Shown here in pieces: positions 1 through 12,509 of a DNA stretch of 64,000 nucleotides (position 1 is its first letter; each line of letters opens with the position of its first letter). The stretch spans positions 22,072,001 to 22,136,000 of the forward strand of contig CM022673.1 in NCBI GenBank assembly GCA_012295275.1, written 5' to 3'. A program made the position numbers and the translations under genes. Below the pieces are notes generated by a model, which had not been told where the DNA came from, searched no databases, and saw only the letters and a program-made list of their open reading frames with translations. This DNA is from Chrysomallon squamiferum (lineage: Eukaryota > Animalia > Mollusca).

Positions 1-322
1 TATCATATAGCAGTTTATAATGTTCACAATTTAACTTGGTAAAAAAGAAACTAACCAACATATACACACACCCACACACCCATACAACCATACACCCCAC
101 ACACCCCCTATTAAAAAACCTGAACAAAAAAACAACAACAAAAAAGTCCAAACAAAATTAAAGAATTAAATAATAAGACAGTCTGAAAAATTGAATCAAA
201 AGAGAAGTTAATATTTAAATCTGAAAAAAATAAAAATAAAATAAAAAACCCTGCTTATTTAGAACTTGAGTAGTATAAGAGTACATCACCAGTTTGAAGT
301 GTGTTTTTTTATTTTGTTGCAG

Positions 323-457
323 GTGTTGCGAGAGGCAAGTCTGAACAACGAGTATTATCACAGAATGCAGTCTGAGTCACAGGCTCCAGTGAGAGAAAAC
401 CAACCTGAGGTTGTCACCCACACCCTCACTCACAACAGTAACATATCACAAGTGTAA
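323..457 (+). CDS. Terminal coding exon of an unidentified gene that begins upstream of the window (VLREASLNNEYYHRMQ...HNSNISQV*)
   Basis: Pyrimidine tract plus ttgcag acceptor ending at 322; GC-richer open frame to TAA at 455-457; C-terminal S-Q-V fits a class I PDZ-binding motif; followed by a long AT-rich UTR-like tract. Confidence 0.7.
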   Translation: MLREASLNNEYYHRMQSESQAPVRENQPEVVTHTLTHNSNISQV

Positions 458-3400
458 TGAAAACACCTGTTTGGCAGCTATCAGATTGTTTAACAAAAAA
501 ACATTTTAGTTCTTAGAACATCTTCATATAATGAAAAACATTTTTAGAAATTCATTATCCATGTTTTGATATGAACTTTGAAATTTTTATATGATCATAC
601 ATAATTCAAAATTTATTCTCAGCTTTATTGTCTTATTTTTTCTACTTGTGTGAGAAATCATAAATATTTATAGAAAATTAGCTAGAATCCAAAAGAAAAT
701 ATATTTTGGAGAAAACAAAATTAAAAAATTAAAATAATATCTTTTCTTTTTGGAAGTTATTTTTGAATAATACATTTATTTTAAGTGAGAGTTTTGAAGG
801 AATTGTTTCTCTTTGCAGTTTTCCTTTCTTACATTAGTACTAACTGTAAAGAGAAACTTTACATGTTAATTAATGATTTAAAAATGAAGAGCAGTTAAAT
901 ATATATATATATATATATTTTTTTTTTAAGATACTTTACAGCTTTGACAGTTAATAAGATTATAACAGTTTGAAAATAATAATAACAATAAATACATTTT
1001 TATATTTGAAAAGACAATAATCAAATAACATACAATAATATGTACATGAATGCATATGTATACATATATAAAGCTATTTATTGGGAATTTCTTCTGGTAT
1101 TTGTTTCCAATGTTAAGGATCACAGCTTTTAACAGAAGTGCCTTTCAAACTTATATGTATATACATGTTTATACAAGTTAATCTGTCAAACATTGCAAAT
1201 TGTTTTTTTAAGGATTTATTGAGAAAAACTGTTTCTATTCATATAATGAATATATTATATATTTTTTGTAATGGTTCACAGGGTAGATATCAGTCACAAA
1301 TATTAAATTACATATTTATTCTATAGATATTTTTGCTGGTATCAGTAGTTTTATTTACTTTGAATTACAGAGATTTGTTTTAAAAATGCAGATATATTTC
1401 ATACTTGTATCGAATTACAACAGTTACAAATGTTTTCTGTTATGCTTTTAAAATTTATTTTGTTTTGTAAGGATTTTTTTAAACTTGTAATATTTTTTGT
1501 ATTTTAAGGAATACTATTTGACTTCATTAAACAAGAAATGTCTTCTATGTTTAAATATGATTAATCAAAATGGCAGATTTTTAAATGTTATTTTGTAAAT
1601 GCTGTAAAATATTTTTATATTCATTTTTAAACCATTATGTCCACACAGTAGAGATTTGCAAACTGCTTCACTAAAAAATTGACAGAGATTAAATTGTTAC
1701 TGTTACTTTATATATACTGTATACATGGTAATAATCTATGCAGTTCAATCAGCCCTTCCTGATATGTTTTTTCTATTTATTTTTGTTAGTTGTACACTAA
1801 ATATATTTGCTCATTATACTGCATTCCTTCATTTAAGTTTATCATTGTATACTACAGGTGCTGGATGACATTTTTTAAAGTTTTTTCTTTAAGGGGTTTT
1901 TCTTTTCTAATTTTTTTATTATTATTTTTTTTTTTTAATATAACATAACAGTTAGTTTACTTTCTCCTAAAATTGTTTTGAAAAGTGAATATAGAGTTCT
2001 ATAAAGCATAGGACATCTGCACTTACAAATATTTCTGTTTCTTTCCTCATAAAAAACGGTTGGAGTAAAGTCTTTTGAAATATTGTAAAATCTAGAATGC
2101 AACACTAAAAAATGAAAAAATAATGTTATAAAATAAATCATTATACATGATATTTTGTAAAGAGTAAAAAATAAAAATTAAATATTTATATAGTTATAAA
2201 TGATTGCAAAGTGACTGGAATTGTATAAATAACATTATTGGTACTTCTTTTGCAGCTGACTTCTTTCTACAGAATATTTTGACCAACATTAGATATTAAT
2301 TCAGTTAAACAAATGTGTTTTTAAGAGAGAAATAATAATTTAAAAAAGGAATGACATCTATTGAGTAAAATAGGTACAGTAAATATTCATATATTTGGTT
2401 TGTTGTAATTGTTATTTATTTTATTATTGTTTTAATATTTGACATGAAACAAAAATGTTCAGATTTTATTTTGTATATCATTACTGGGTATTTGATTAAT
2501 CTTTTCACTCCTCCAAATAAAAAGTAAATTTATGGGGAAAAACAAAGAGAGAGAAATATTCAGTAAATCATCATATTCACCCAATGAATAATTATTTCTG
2601 AATTGATTTTATAAATTTGGATAACATTTTAAAATATTACAGGTGGTCAGAAATTTAAATAACACTATTTTTAGAAAAGATTGATTTATTGTGTCATTGC
2701 TTCTTTGTTTTAGCATGTTGGTGCAGGGTTAGAAGAGTGACTGTATTTGTAAATGTATTTTACCAGTACTATAACTTTTCATGATGTGGCCTTTCACTAT
2801 TTAAGTGACAAAATCTATAAAAAGTTATTGTATAGCACAGATAATGTTTGTACATAGGAAATGAAGTGTGGACTTGTTGTTGTCTCGTTTTCTTTAGAGC
2901 AGTATTATTCCTTGATAATGTGAGTGTTTACTACAGAGATAATCATTTAGTATCTAACTGGTTTTAGAAATTACACCAGAGAAATTATTATTATAACTTA
3001 TTAAATTTAATAAAAGACATCTTCAAAAATATACTCATAATGTAGTGATAAAAAGCTTTTGTTTAAAATGAAAACAATCTAAATTATTAAATATAAATCA
3101 AGATTTTTGATAATGTACTCCATAAAGTAGTTTTATTGTTCTGTAATGAATGATAAACACTAGTTCTATTTTCACACTAGAACTGGTCATAAACTTTGAA
3201 ATATTTGAAGTCGTGAGTTGGGTTTTTGTTAATGGAGACAAACTGACGGTTTTTTAATTACATTATGTATATACATTCCATTTGTCATATATCACATATT
3301 TACATTCCTCCATGAACTTATTTTCATTCCTTTCATAAATATTCCAGTTCGGTGCCATATACCTTTATTTTGCATAAACATATCTATACAGTCATAGCTA

Positions 3401-5063
3401 TGTGTGTGTTCAAGGCTTGTCTATTCTGGAATTGGGGTAAATTTTATATCTGCTTACTTCATAATCATGCCAACTAAAATTTCTTAACAGATATTTTTTT
3501 AATGTTTTTTCTTTTCTTATTTTTATTGTGGAACAACTATGCAGAACATTTTTTAACACATTCCATATGCAAGAAACAAACATACCCTGATGACTTATTG
3601 AAATATGGTCACAATTTTTATACAATACTCAACTGATTTAAGGAAATACACAATATATATTAATGTACTGACATTAATGGGTAATATTCAGCTTATACAA
3701 AAATTGTTAAGAATATTAATATTAATATTAAAATGTGATTTTATTATTAGTATTTATTTCAAATAATTTTGATTTAAATGTTCATTAAAAAAAATCATCA
3801 AATCATATTTTCATGATTGTATATATATATATATATATGTCTGGTACCATCATTTATGTACTCCAGCACAAACAAATCTGTAATTTGATATTAGAAAAGA
3901 AAGACATGAGACTTTAGGAAATTATTTTTAATTTCACACAAATTTGTTAATTTTTTATAATTCTTTACTGTTTAAAAAGCAAAAAATATTTTTAAAATAT
4001 TTGTCTTTATCACATCAAAATGTAAGTATGTTATAGTTTCTTTTACTAATCAGGATGTCATTTTGAAATTGTTTATTAAAACAATTAACATTTTAAAGAA
4101 TAAAAGTAAAATTGCTAAAGATGAGATACAATATAGATTTTATATATTGCTGGAATTTTTTTTAAACATTCTTCGAAATAAAAGGTAAAGAATCAATTTT
4201 TTATCATTTTTAAATTCTCATAGTTGATGTTATTACTTTAGCAATACATTCCACAATTTATAATTTAAAAAAATTAAAATAATAATAATGTATTTAAGAA
4301 TTGTGTGCTTTTTTTTTTTTAAAGTATCTAATTTTTGAAATCTAAAGTTATTAATGTAAATTGCATCAAACATTTGTATATTACATTTTCATGGTTTACA
4401 TGCAGTTTCTGCAAACAGACATTTTATAGCAGAATAAAGAAAATTTATTCACTTATTTCTTTTTGTTGTTTGTTTCTAATTATGTTTTTAGACAATATTA
4501 ACATTTCTCTAAGTTAATCAATTAAACATTAATGCCATTCCATTTGAAGATAATCATTTGTTTTCCTCATGAATATCAGTTCCGTTTGAACTTTTTATTT
4601 TGGCTTCCTCTTTTAAAAATTATTTCAGTTGAGAAAATAGAGGACAACTTACAAAGTAACTTCTAAAGTATGTCTCTGAAGCTTACTATCTTATGCTGGC
4701 ACTGAGAGAAAACCTAAAATGAAAAGCTTAACAACCTAAGCATATTAACATAATGGTAAATAATAATATATCCTCCAATGATGAGATAGTGAACTAGTCT
4801 TTCATTTTCTCTTGATAACAATGTATTTCAGCTTTAGACACATCATATGTAATTGGGGAAAAGTATTGATTTTATTAATAATAACACTTCAGACCATTGC
4901 TCTAACCAATGAGCTACAGCATGCACATGAAACTTGTAACACACATGAATCAACAAAAGTGGACCCATGAAAAATGTATTACAGGCATTTGTGTTTGGTC
5001 ACAGGTTAGATAAATATTTATTAAAAAGTAATGCTGATTGTTATTTTTAAAATTGTTCAAACA

Positions 5064-5138
5064 TCAAGATGGGTCATAATTCATTAAACAAACAAGACTA
5101 TGAGGAGGAGACTGTTCTCTGCATAATGGACATTCTGC
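5064..5138 (-). CDS. PEX10: PEX10 exon 7 (last): AECPLCREQSPPHSLVCLMNYDPS*
   Basis: ttttccag acceptor, phase 0; supplies the final CPLC pair of the C3HC4 RING; TGA at 5066-5064. Confidence 0.95.
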   Translation of the reverse strand, partial: AECPLCREQSPPHSLVCLMNYDPS

Positions 5139-5452
5139 CTGGAAAAAATAACATTTAATAAAATGGTCATCATTATCACACACACGACACATATATACAC
5201 ATTCACACACACACATTTATATGTATGTATGTATTTATGTATGTATATGTATGTACGTGTGTTTGTGTGCATGCACATTTTTTTATGCATTTTAAATAAA
5301 TATAAATATTCAGCATTTTCAAGAAAATATTGCAATGTGTCTGAAAAGCTATTCCAATTTTACATTTTATCAAGTCATTTACCTGTTTAGTTTTGTATGT
5401 AAGTGATTACATTTGAAATTGTATGTTTCGTAGTGGTTCAGCCACTTGTGTA

Positions 5453-5636
5453 ATCTGAATCTGGCACATCATTTCATACCAAAATGTGCTTCTCACTCAC
5501 CTGCCTCTTTTTTCTCCATGACAAATAACTTAAAATTACAGATGTTCTAGATTTTCACAGATCTAAGTATTTTATTAATGAAATTGAAAGTAACATTTTG
5601 TTGCATACTGCCGGTTGATTGTTACATGGTAATTTT
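5453..5636. repeat. Direct intronic duplication, copy A (PEX10 intron 6)
   Basis: Near-identical to 7395-7557 (shared ctcacctgcctcttttttctccatgac...gaaagtaacattttgttgca), with a ~17-nt insertion. Confidence 0.9.
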
Positions 5637-6023
5637 GATTATCATTTTACCTCAAAGATCAAAATATATTTTACAGAAATTTAATTAAATGCAGCCTGTG
5701 TTTATTACAATTATTTCATTCCTTATTTTAAAATATTTATCTTAATAACTAAAAGTGATTCTGACTTAAAGTATTTTATCTATAAATATATTAACAAAAT
5801 TATCTCATATCTATAAATTCATAGTCACTGTTACCAAAAAACACCCTGATAAAAAAGCGGTTATTAATTAAAAATTAAATTTATGCAAATTTAGCATTAC
5901 CATTTACTATAATTTAATATTATTGCAGCTTAGAAGTTTATTTTAAGTATTATTTAAATTTCTATTGTGATAAATGTCATTACATTTAAAAAACATTTTT
6001 TCAAGTATGAATTTCACTTTTAC

Positions 6024-6162
6024 CTTTGTCTGGCACCATTCATGTATACATGCCCAGCAGAACAGATGACCACAAGGTGTGGATGTTGTATTTTTTCTTA
6101 ACTCCAAACACAGAGAGCATTTCTGGATAGGAGGGACAATACTCAAGGAATTTTTTCTAGAC
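6024..6162 (-). CDS. PEX10: PEX10 exon 6: RING finger CSLCLE...[19 protein letters not shown]
   Basis: tttctcag acceptor, AAG|GTAAAA donor, phase 2 to 0; matches the PEX10 RING (human [25 protein letters not shown]). Confidence 0.96.
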
Positions 6163-7394
6163 CTGAGAAAGGAAAAGTGTAAATGTAATAATAATAATAA
6201 TAATAAATCTGAAAAAAATCATAATATATAAAAGAAATAATAATAACAAATATTTATGGTATTAAAAAAAGGATGGTTTAAGTAATTATGACTAAAATAA
6301 AGTAACTTGAATTTAAAAATATATTACAATAAAAACAAGCTGATAATAAGACAGCTAGCATTTTATATTTATTAATTAATTTCAATCTTGTAAAATTATT
6401 TTGTTATTAATTTATTCTAATCAATAATTATTAACAGTAATTTGTATCTAAATTTAAAAAAAATTTCCTGTACGTGTATATCAGAATGTAGCTATATGCA
6501 TGAAATGAGTGTGTCTCTGGTGAAAGTCAGATAATATGCAATATTAAATCAATGTGCCTCGCCTCTTACATTTTCCTGACCAAACTATTTTGTTTGACTG
6601 TTATGCGAGAAATATATATATGTTTTTCATATTTAAGTTTAGTATTAAATAAGTTACTTTGTCTTCAAAAATGGCTTGGTTTTTAACAGGTCATCTTGAC
6701 AAATGATGGAATGCAGAGCTTAGGTTAACAAAAGATGCACCATTAGATGTCAGTGATAAAAAGTTACAAAAATAATGATGTGAGTCTCCTTTAATAATTT
6801 CTACCAATAACATGAACTAATGTAAGTAGGTTTGTGCAAATAACCCGTTTTGCTCTCACAAGATTTCTCTGCTGTGAGGTTAGTATTGCGCACAGCATCA
6901 GCAAAGTGTGGTCTTCAATAATTCCATTCTGTCAGTCTATTTGAAAAATCTCTTTAATGAAATTTAGATTTATGATGTAGTATACATATCTTCATACAAC
7001 CTGGCTTTCGATTTTTGAATACTGATGAAGGAGAAGTTTCTCAAAGTTTTAGGTCATTATTCTAGAAATAAGGAAGATATGACCAAATGTCTCAGTTTCT
7101 CACATCAGCAATCACACTTTTTCTATATGTCTAATGGAATTTTTAAGGAACAATAAAAATGTCACATCTTCATTGTTTCTCAACCTTCTAACTTGTGATA
7201 CTTTGATTTTTTTCCACACACCTAGTATAAGAATTATATGAAAAAGATATATTAGAAATTAGTGTGATATATTAATGTAAATAATCACATCATTGAATTA
7301 ATATTATGACTGATTTTATTTTAAGTTTTACATTAATTAAAATGGAGGAACCCTTTAAGTTCAGGCATTTGTGCAATCATTTGACTAAATAGTC

Positions 7395-7557
7395 ATCTGA
7401 ATATGGCACATCATTTCACTCACCTGCCTCTTTTTTCTCCATGACAATAACTTAAAATTACAGATGTTCTAGATTTTCACAGATCTAAATATTTTGTTAA
7501 TGAAACTGAAAGTAACATTTTGTTGCAAACTGCTGATTGATTGTTACAAGGTAATTT
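7395..7557. repeat. Direct intronic duplication, copy B (PEX10 intron 5)
   Basis: Near-identical to 5453-5636; ends about 16 nt from the exon 5 donor. Confidence 0.9.
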
Positions 7558-7573
7558 TTCTATGAATATATAC

Positions 7574-7740
7574 CTGTTAGGCAATACAGGTTTATCTTTC
7601 TGCCCAAATGTTTTCTGATGTAATTTCTTCGACGTGTACAACTGGAGCACTAAACTTCCTGCCAGTTGGACCAATGAGAGCCAACCAAGAATTTTAAAAG
7701 TTTTGCTTTTGAAATTGTCTTGTTTTGGCATATACTGAAT
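7574..7740 (-). CDS. PEX10: PEX10 exon 5: IQYMPKQDNFKSKTFKILGWLSLVQLAGSLVLQLY...
   Basis: ttacag acceptor, AG|GTATAT donor, 167 nt, phase 0 to 2; hydrophobic segment aligns with PEX10 YRLLGVISLLHL..LQLY. Confidence 0.93.
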
Positions 7741-8064
7741 CTGTAATAAATAATTGATTGTATCTTATTAAATAAGTGACATATTTTGTTTTATAATAAT
7801 TTTCAAGAATGTAACTGTTCAACAAATAAAACCAAATTAAATAGTGCTATATATATATTTATGTAAGCTATAGTGGTAAAAGGTACCTTCAATGCATTTA
7901 TATGGATTATAATATACATACCTTATTATTAGCAAAATCATATTGCCAGTAACAAATAAAATAGTCCAATCAAACTATACTGCATAATAAAGATATTTAA
8001 GCAATTTTACCTTTTAAACAAGTATATTTGAACATTAAAACTTTCATTTATCAAATCTACTCAC

Positions 8065-8310
8065 ATAGTGAACACCAAAGATACGTTTTGCTAGATGGTA
8101 AAAAATTCCATTAATATAAAAAACTGCAAGGTGACTTCTGTGTAAAATTGTGATGATGTGTTTCAGCACTGGAACTGTCTGTAGCAGGAACTGTCTGCTT
8201 TCTTCTCTCACATCCAGAGATGATGTCTGAAGATACCACTCAAGCTTTTCAATAGCTTTTCTCAGTGCATAAGGTGACAGTACATGTAAAGTTACCATCA
8301 GAATCCTTTT
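8065..8310 (-). CDS. PEX10: PEX10 exon 4: KRILMVTLHVLSPY...HRSHLAVFYINGIFYHLAKRIFGVHY
   Basis: ttactag acceptor, TAT|GTGAGT donor, 246 nt, phase 0 to 0; Pex2/Pex10/Pex12 N-terminal domain motif H..FY..G.FYHLAKR..G..Y. Confidence 0.96.
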
Positions 8311-8711
8311 CTAGTAATAATAATAATATTGATGTTGAAGATGATGACTTATAATAATAAAAACAGAAATAATAAATAAAAACAACAAGTTAAAAGAAAA
8401 AAAAAAGAACAAGGAATTTAAATATATTAAAAGTGCGTTTGCTAATTATTTAATTTAATTTAATTATTATTATTATAATATATTTTTTGTAATCGAATAA
8501 ATAAGAAATTAATTCACTGTTATGTGAATATTATTAAAATTTGTAATAAAGAAAGAAAATTCTAAAACATATTTATTGATTTTATTCTATTATTAAATCA
8601 AATCTACCAGACATAATACAATTCCAATATTTGAATTAATTTTTTTTGGTGAAAAAATATAATATAAATCAATTTTTAATTATGTAGTTAAATTTAACCT
8701 GACAACATTAC

Positions 8712-8788
8712 CCATTGGGAAGGCAGTGACCTTAATGTTTTATCAACTTGAATAATGTTCACATATTCCTCTCCGATAGTCTGCAGAC
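8712..8788 (-). CDS. PEX10: PEX10 exon 3: GLQTIGEEYVNIIQVDKTLRSLPSQW
   Basis: tttgacag acceptor, TGG|GTAATG donor; conserved QT(L/I)GEEY motif of PEX10; not in the ORF track. Confidence 0.96.
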
Positions 8789-9288
8789 CTGTCAAATAAA
8801 CAGTGAAATAATAGATAACTCTGGTAACCATTGACAATGAGAAACAACTGGATGCAGAGAATTCTCAAATCTGTGTGATTATTTCTGTTTTATATTTTTG
8901 TATAATAGTCTATATTCTAATTTAAATTTATTGTCAATAAAATGACATCTGAAAATAATTTTTATCATCAACTAAATTTTTGAAAAAATATTCTCATTTA
9001 TTATTTTTTTGTCATATTTTAAAACCATACAATTACTAACTGCTATTACCAGTTTTATTATTATTATTATTATTTTTATTTATATAATTTAATGTAACAA
9101 AAAATAAATCAATCATTTGTTTCATCATATGTTTTAATTTTGATTGCAGTAAGTGGATGAAGTTGAACAATAATATTCAGAAATACCATGTGACTGATTT
9201 TGTCTTCAGTTCTTGTAAACTTTGTACTTGAAATATAAATTTCTTAATGACAAAGTTAACATAAAATATTTTAATATAATAAACAAAC

Positions 9289-9369
9289 CTGAGAAAGTTG
9301 TTAAAATGAAATATACAAGATCAGCCAACACATCAATTTCATGTCTCCAACTTATCCATCTTTTTGAGC
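9289..9369 (-). CDS. PEX10: PEX10 exon 2: GSKRWISWRHEIDVLADLVYFILTTFS
   Basis: attacag acceptor, G|GTTTGT donor, 81 nt, phase 1 to 1; aligns to human [28 protein letters not shown]. Confidence 0.95.
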
Positions 9370-9676
9370 CTGTAATAAATTTAATAAATTTATCTTTTTT
9401 ATATGTGTTTGTGTGTGTGTCTTTGATGTGCACGTTTGTTTGTCTGTGTATGTGTATAATTTAATGATTTTTTTCTTATCGATTAACAGCAAAAAATTAG
9501 TTTTTATACCTTCTCATATTCATGAATATTCAAACACTGGCCTTTAAACTATTAGTTCAAATGGAAAATAGCAAAAAGAATTCACCAAGAACTGATGCAA
9601 AACCATCCACTAACAATTGAATCTAAACTGACATACATAAACCCCTGTTAGACAGGTAGACATGCATATACATACT

Positions 9677-9679
<3 letters not shown>

Positions 9680-9752
<73 letters not shown>
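9680..9752. repeat. (AG)n microsatellite
   Basis: Direct reading. Confidence 0.98.
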
Positions 9753-9759
<7 letters not shown>

Positions 9760-9972
9760 CGCTTGTGCATAATAAGTCATTATAACGGTAGTTTAAGTTG
9801 AATTAAAAATTTAACTACATTAATTTCTACTTCTTTTTTTTGTTTTGTTTTGTTTTGTTGTTGTTTTCGTGAATACTTTTATTTTTATTAGCGTGCTAGT
9901 ACTTCGACAACAGAAGGAGGAATATACGATGAAAGAAAGGAGATTATTTGGTAAAAATGAAAATCGATATAC

Positions 9973-10081
9973 CTGCTAATATTTGAACAATATCTGTTAC
10001 TGAAGATCGATGATAGTGGAGATAAAATTCGTCTTTTTGATGCGATCGTACAAGTTCTGGAATTCCAGCTCTTCTGAACAT
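9973..10081 (-). CDS. PEX10: PEX10 exon 1 (peroxisome biogenesis factor 10, RING E3 ligase; joined CDS 894 nt, 297 aa): MFRRAGIPELVRSHQKDEFY...
   Basis: ATG at 10081-10079; PE.(V/I)R..QKDE.Y motif; G|GTATAT donor; all seven exons join in frame without stops. Confidence 0.93.
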
Positions 10082-10240
10082 TATCAAACCTAACAAACCT
10101 CGATTAATGATTCTGATGTAATTTCTTACCAAACGTACGCGATCCATTGCATAGAGCGCAATTCAGGGGATAGCTGGTAAAACTGTGAAGGAAACTGGGG
10201 CAGAACAAGAGGAAAGAGATATTTGTGTCCCAATATCCGC

Positions 10241-10241
<1 letters not shown>

Positions 10242-10299
<58 letters not shown>
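10242..10299. repeat. (TC)n microsatellite upstream of PEX10
   Basis: Direct reading. Confidence 0.98.
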
Positions 10300-10304
<5 letters not shown>

Positions 10305-11169
10305 TGGACAACTGCTCTTTTTCAGTGATGCAGAAGGTAGGCAGGTTCCTTCAAGGTAGAATTATAAAGAAAAAGAAATAATGATTTTTTTCTGGGGGCT
10401 TGTTGTTTTTAATGAATTTTTTTTGTTTGTTTCTTTGTGTGTTGTGTTTTTTGTTTATTAATTTTTGTTGTTGTTTTGGGATTTTTTTGGGCGGTGGGTT
10501 GTTTGCATATTCGGATTTCGATTTAAGTTAAACAAATTCAAGCTTAGCTCCTGACAGTTTGAATGGAGGCCTTAAATTAACTTTTCCTTTTCTTATTCCT
10601 TGTTTTCGTTTCATACAGTTTTATGATAATTTATAACGTCATTCTGAGCTGGTAATAATTTCTTATCTCTACAATTTTGAAAATATATCTAGATATAAAA
10701 ATATAATCATAAAAACACTATCTCCTAACAGAATAATCTACTTACAAATAGATAAATATAAAACCGCCAACTTACAACAGAACAAACATACGCAAACGTT
10801 CATACATAAATATGTATCTAGATTAAGCAGATTCACTATTTCCAATTTCAAAGAATTAATAATAATAATAATAAATGAAAATGAAGTAACTAATAATAAT
10901 TTCTATTACATGAATACTTTATGTTATATATATATACAAAGAAAGAAAGAAAGAAAGAAAAGAAAAGAAAAGAAAAGAAAGAAGAAGAAAATGAGAACAA
11001 AGCTGAATTTTATTTTAATAAAAAAAAATTAAAAGGATGGTATAATTATCTGTTATTTGCTCCACCTATGTAAAATTTCTTGAATCACTTCCGATCAATA
11101 TTTTGTCCTTGAACTTTATCTAAGTGATAATGCGTGTGTTTATTTTTAACCTGGTTGAGAAATACAAAC

Positions 11170-11206
11170 ATGAAGCTGCTGTTTCTTCTCATTCTCTCAG
11201 TGTTAC
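11170..11206 (+). CDS. Secreted Cys-rich peptide, exon 1: signal peptide MKLLFLLILSVL
   Basis: caaacATG context; MK plus hydrophobic core; consensus donor C|GTAAGT at 11207, phase 1. Confidence 0.85.
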
Positions 11207-11285
11207 GTAAGTATTAGTTTTAATTATAGACCGACACCCACCAACTCCAGATAAAGCACAAATTGCTAATACAAGATATTAATCA

Positions 11286-11395
11286 ATGTGTATGAACGGA
11301 AAAGTATATATATAAACTGAGTATATATACATACATACATATATATGTATGTATATATACTCAGTTTATATATATACTTTTCCGTTCATACACAT
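11286..11395. repeat. Perfect inverted repeat (52-bp arms, 6-nt loop) in intron 1 of the peptide gene
   Basis: 11286-11337 is the exact reverse complement of 11344-11395 and includes non-repetitive sequence (gaacggaaaag, aaactgag). Confidence 0.95.
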
Positions 11396-11552
11396 ATATA
11401 TTATATAAAGGCAACCGCATACAAAATTTCTTTCTTAGAATACTAACCGCAGACATAATTTACACTAATTCCATATAAGCACGAGTACAACATTTACAGA
11501 ATGATTTTTTTTTTTTTTATTTTTTTTTTTATTGTTTAATTATTTGAAACAG

Positions 11553-11634
11553 TTATTACATTCGTTGCGTGCGCTCCAGATCAGCTATGTCCGCCTTCTG
11601 AAGTGTGCCCTTTGGACCCCAGTGCAACTTGCAG
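11553..11634 (+). CDS. Secreted Cys-rich peptide, exon 2: LITFVAC-APDQLCPPSEVCPLDPSATC
   Basis: Poly-T tract plus aaacag acceptor; GC-rich island; AG|GTATGT donor; phase 1 to 2; completes the signal peptide. Confidence 0.85.
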
Positions 11635-12474
11635 GTATGTCAGTTCCCACTCACAATTTATCTTATTAACTGTACTTGATGTCTTCAGGCAAAATATCAG
11701 CCTTTATTGTTTGACGAAAATGTCGGATACGGAAACGGTGGGTAGTTAAACTTTTTATTATTATTATAACAACAACAATATATATATATATAGGAAATGA
11801 TTTCCAGAGGAAGTAATTTATGTTCGTGGAAACAGACGTACAAAAATACACATAATCAAATTTATATGCAAGTATACAGTTGAATACACAGAGTACATAT
11901 GTAATATTATAACACTTAAAAATATAAAAATCAAATGAATTAAAAAAAGAACCACTGAGAAAACACTCACTGAAGGGATTAGCAAAACAGAAACAGATTA
12001 TAGAAGCATACATTATTTATGAAAATGAATATCAGTAACCATTAGTCTGAGATAATCCAGTAACATTTTGAAAATTATGTAGAAATTTGCCTCGCTTTTG
12101 AAAAATTCCAGTGTGAAAATACACATTTAGCAGTGTAAGCGGTATTTTCAGTACTCGAACATTATTAAGATGTGATAAAATGTCACGAAAAATTAATCTT
12201 TATCAAGATTTTCTTACTAATAAAGAAAACCATTATCAGAAGATCTCTAAGCGTGGCAGTAAGTGTCAGAATTTAAAACTATCCTGTAACTAGACACGGA
12301 CATTACAATTAACCATTAACAACAGTCCGGTTAATCCGTGAAACTGACAAGTCCTATTCGTGTTATATACAACATATCTTGTTTTCTCTCTTTCATATAT
12401 ACATACATACATACATACATACACACACACACACCTATATATATATATATAGGTGTGTGTGTGTTTGCATGGGG

Positions 12475-12509
<35 letters not shown>

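Noticed and set aside
10082-10147. N-terminal extension of PEX10 exon 1 in the ORF track (MDRVRLVRNY...)
   Set aside because: Similarity to PEX10 begins at the second Met (10081); the upstream part has no supporting homology.
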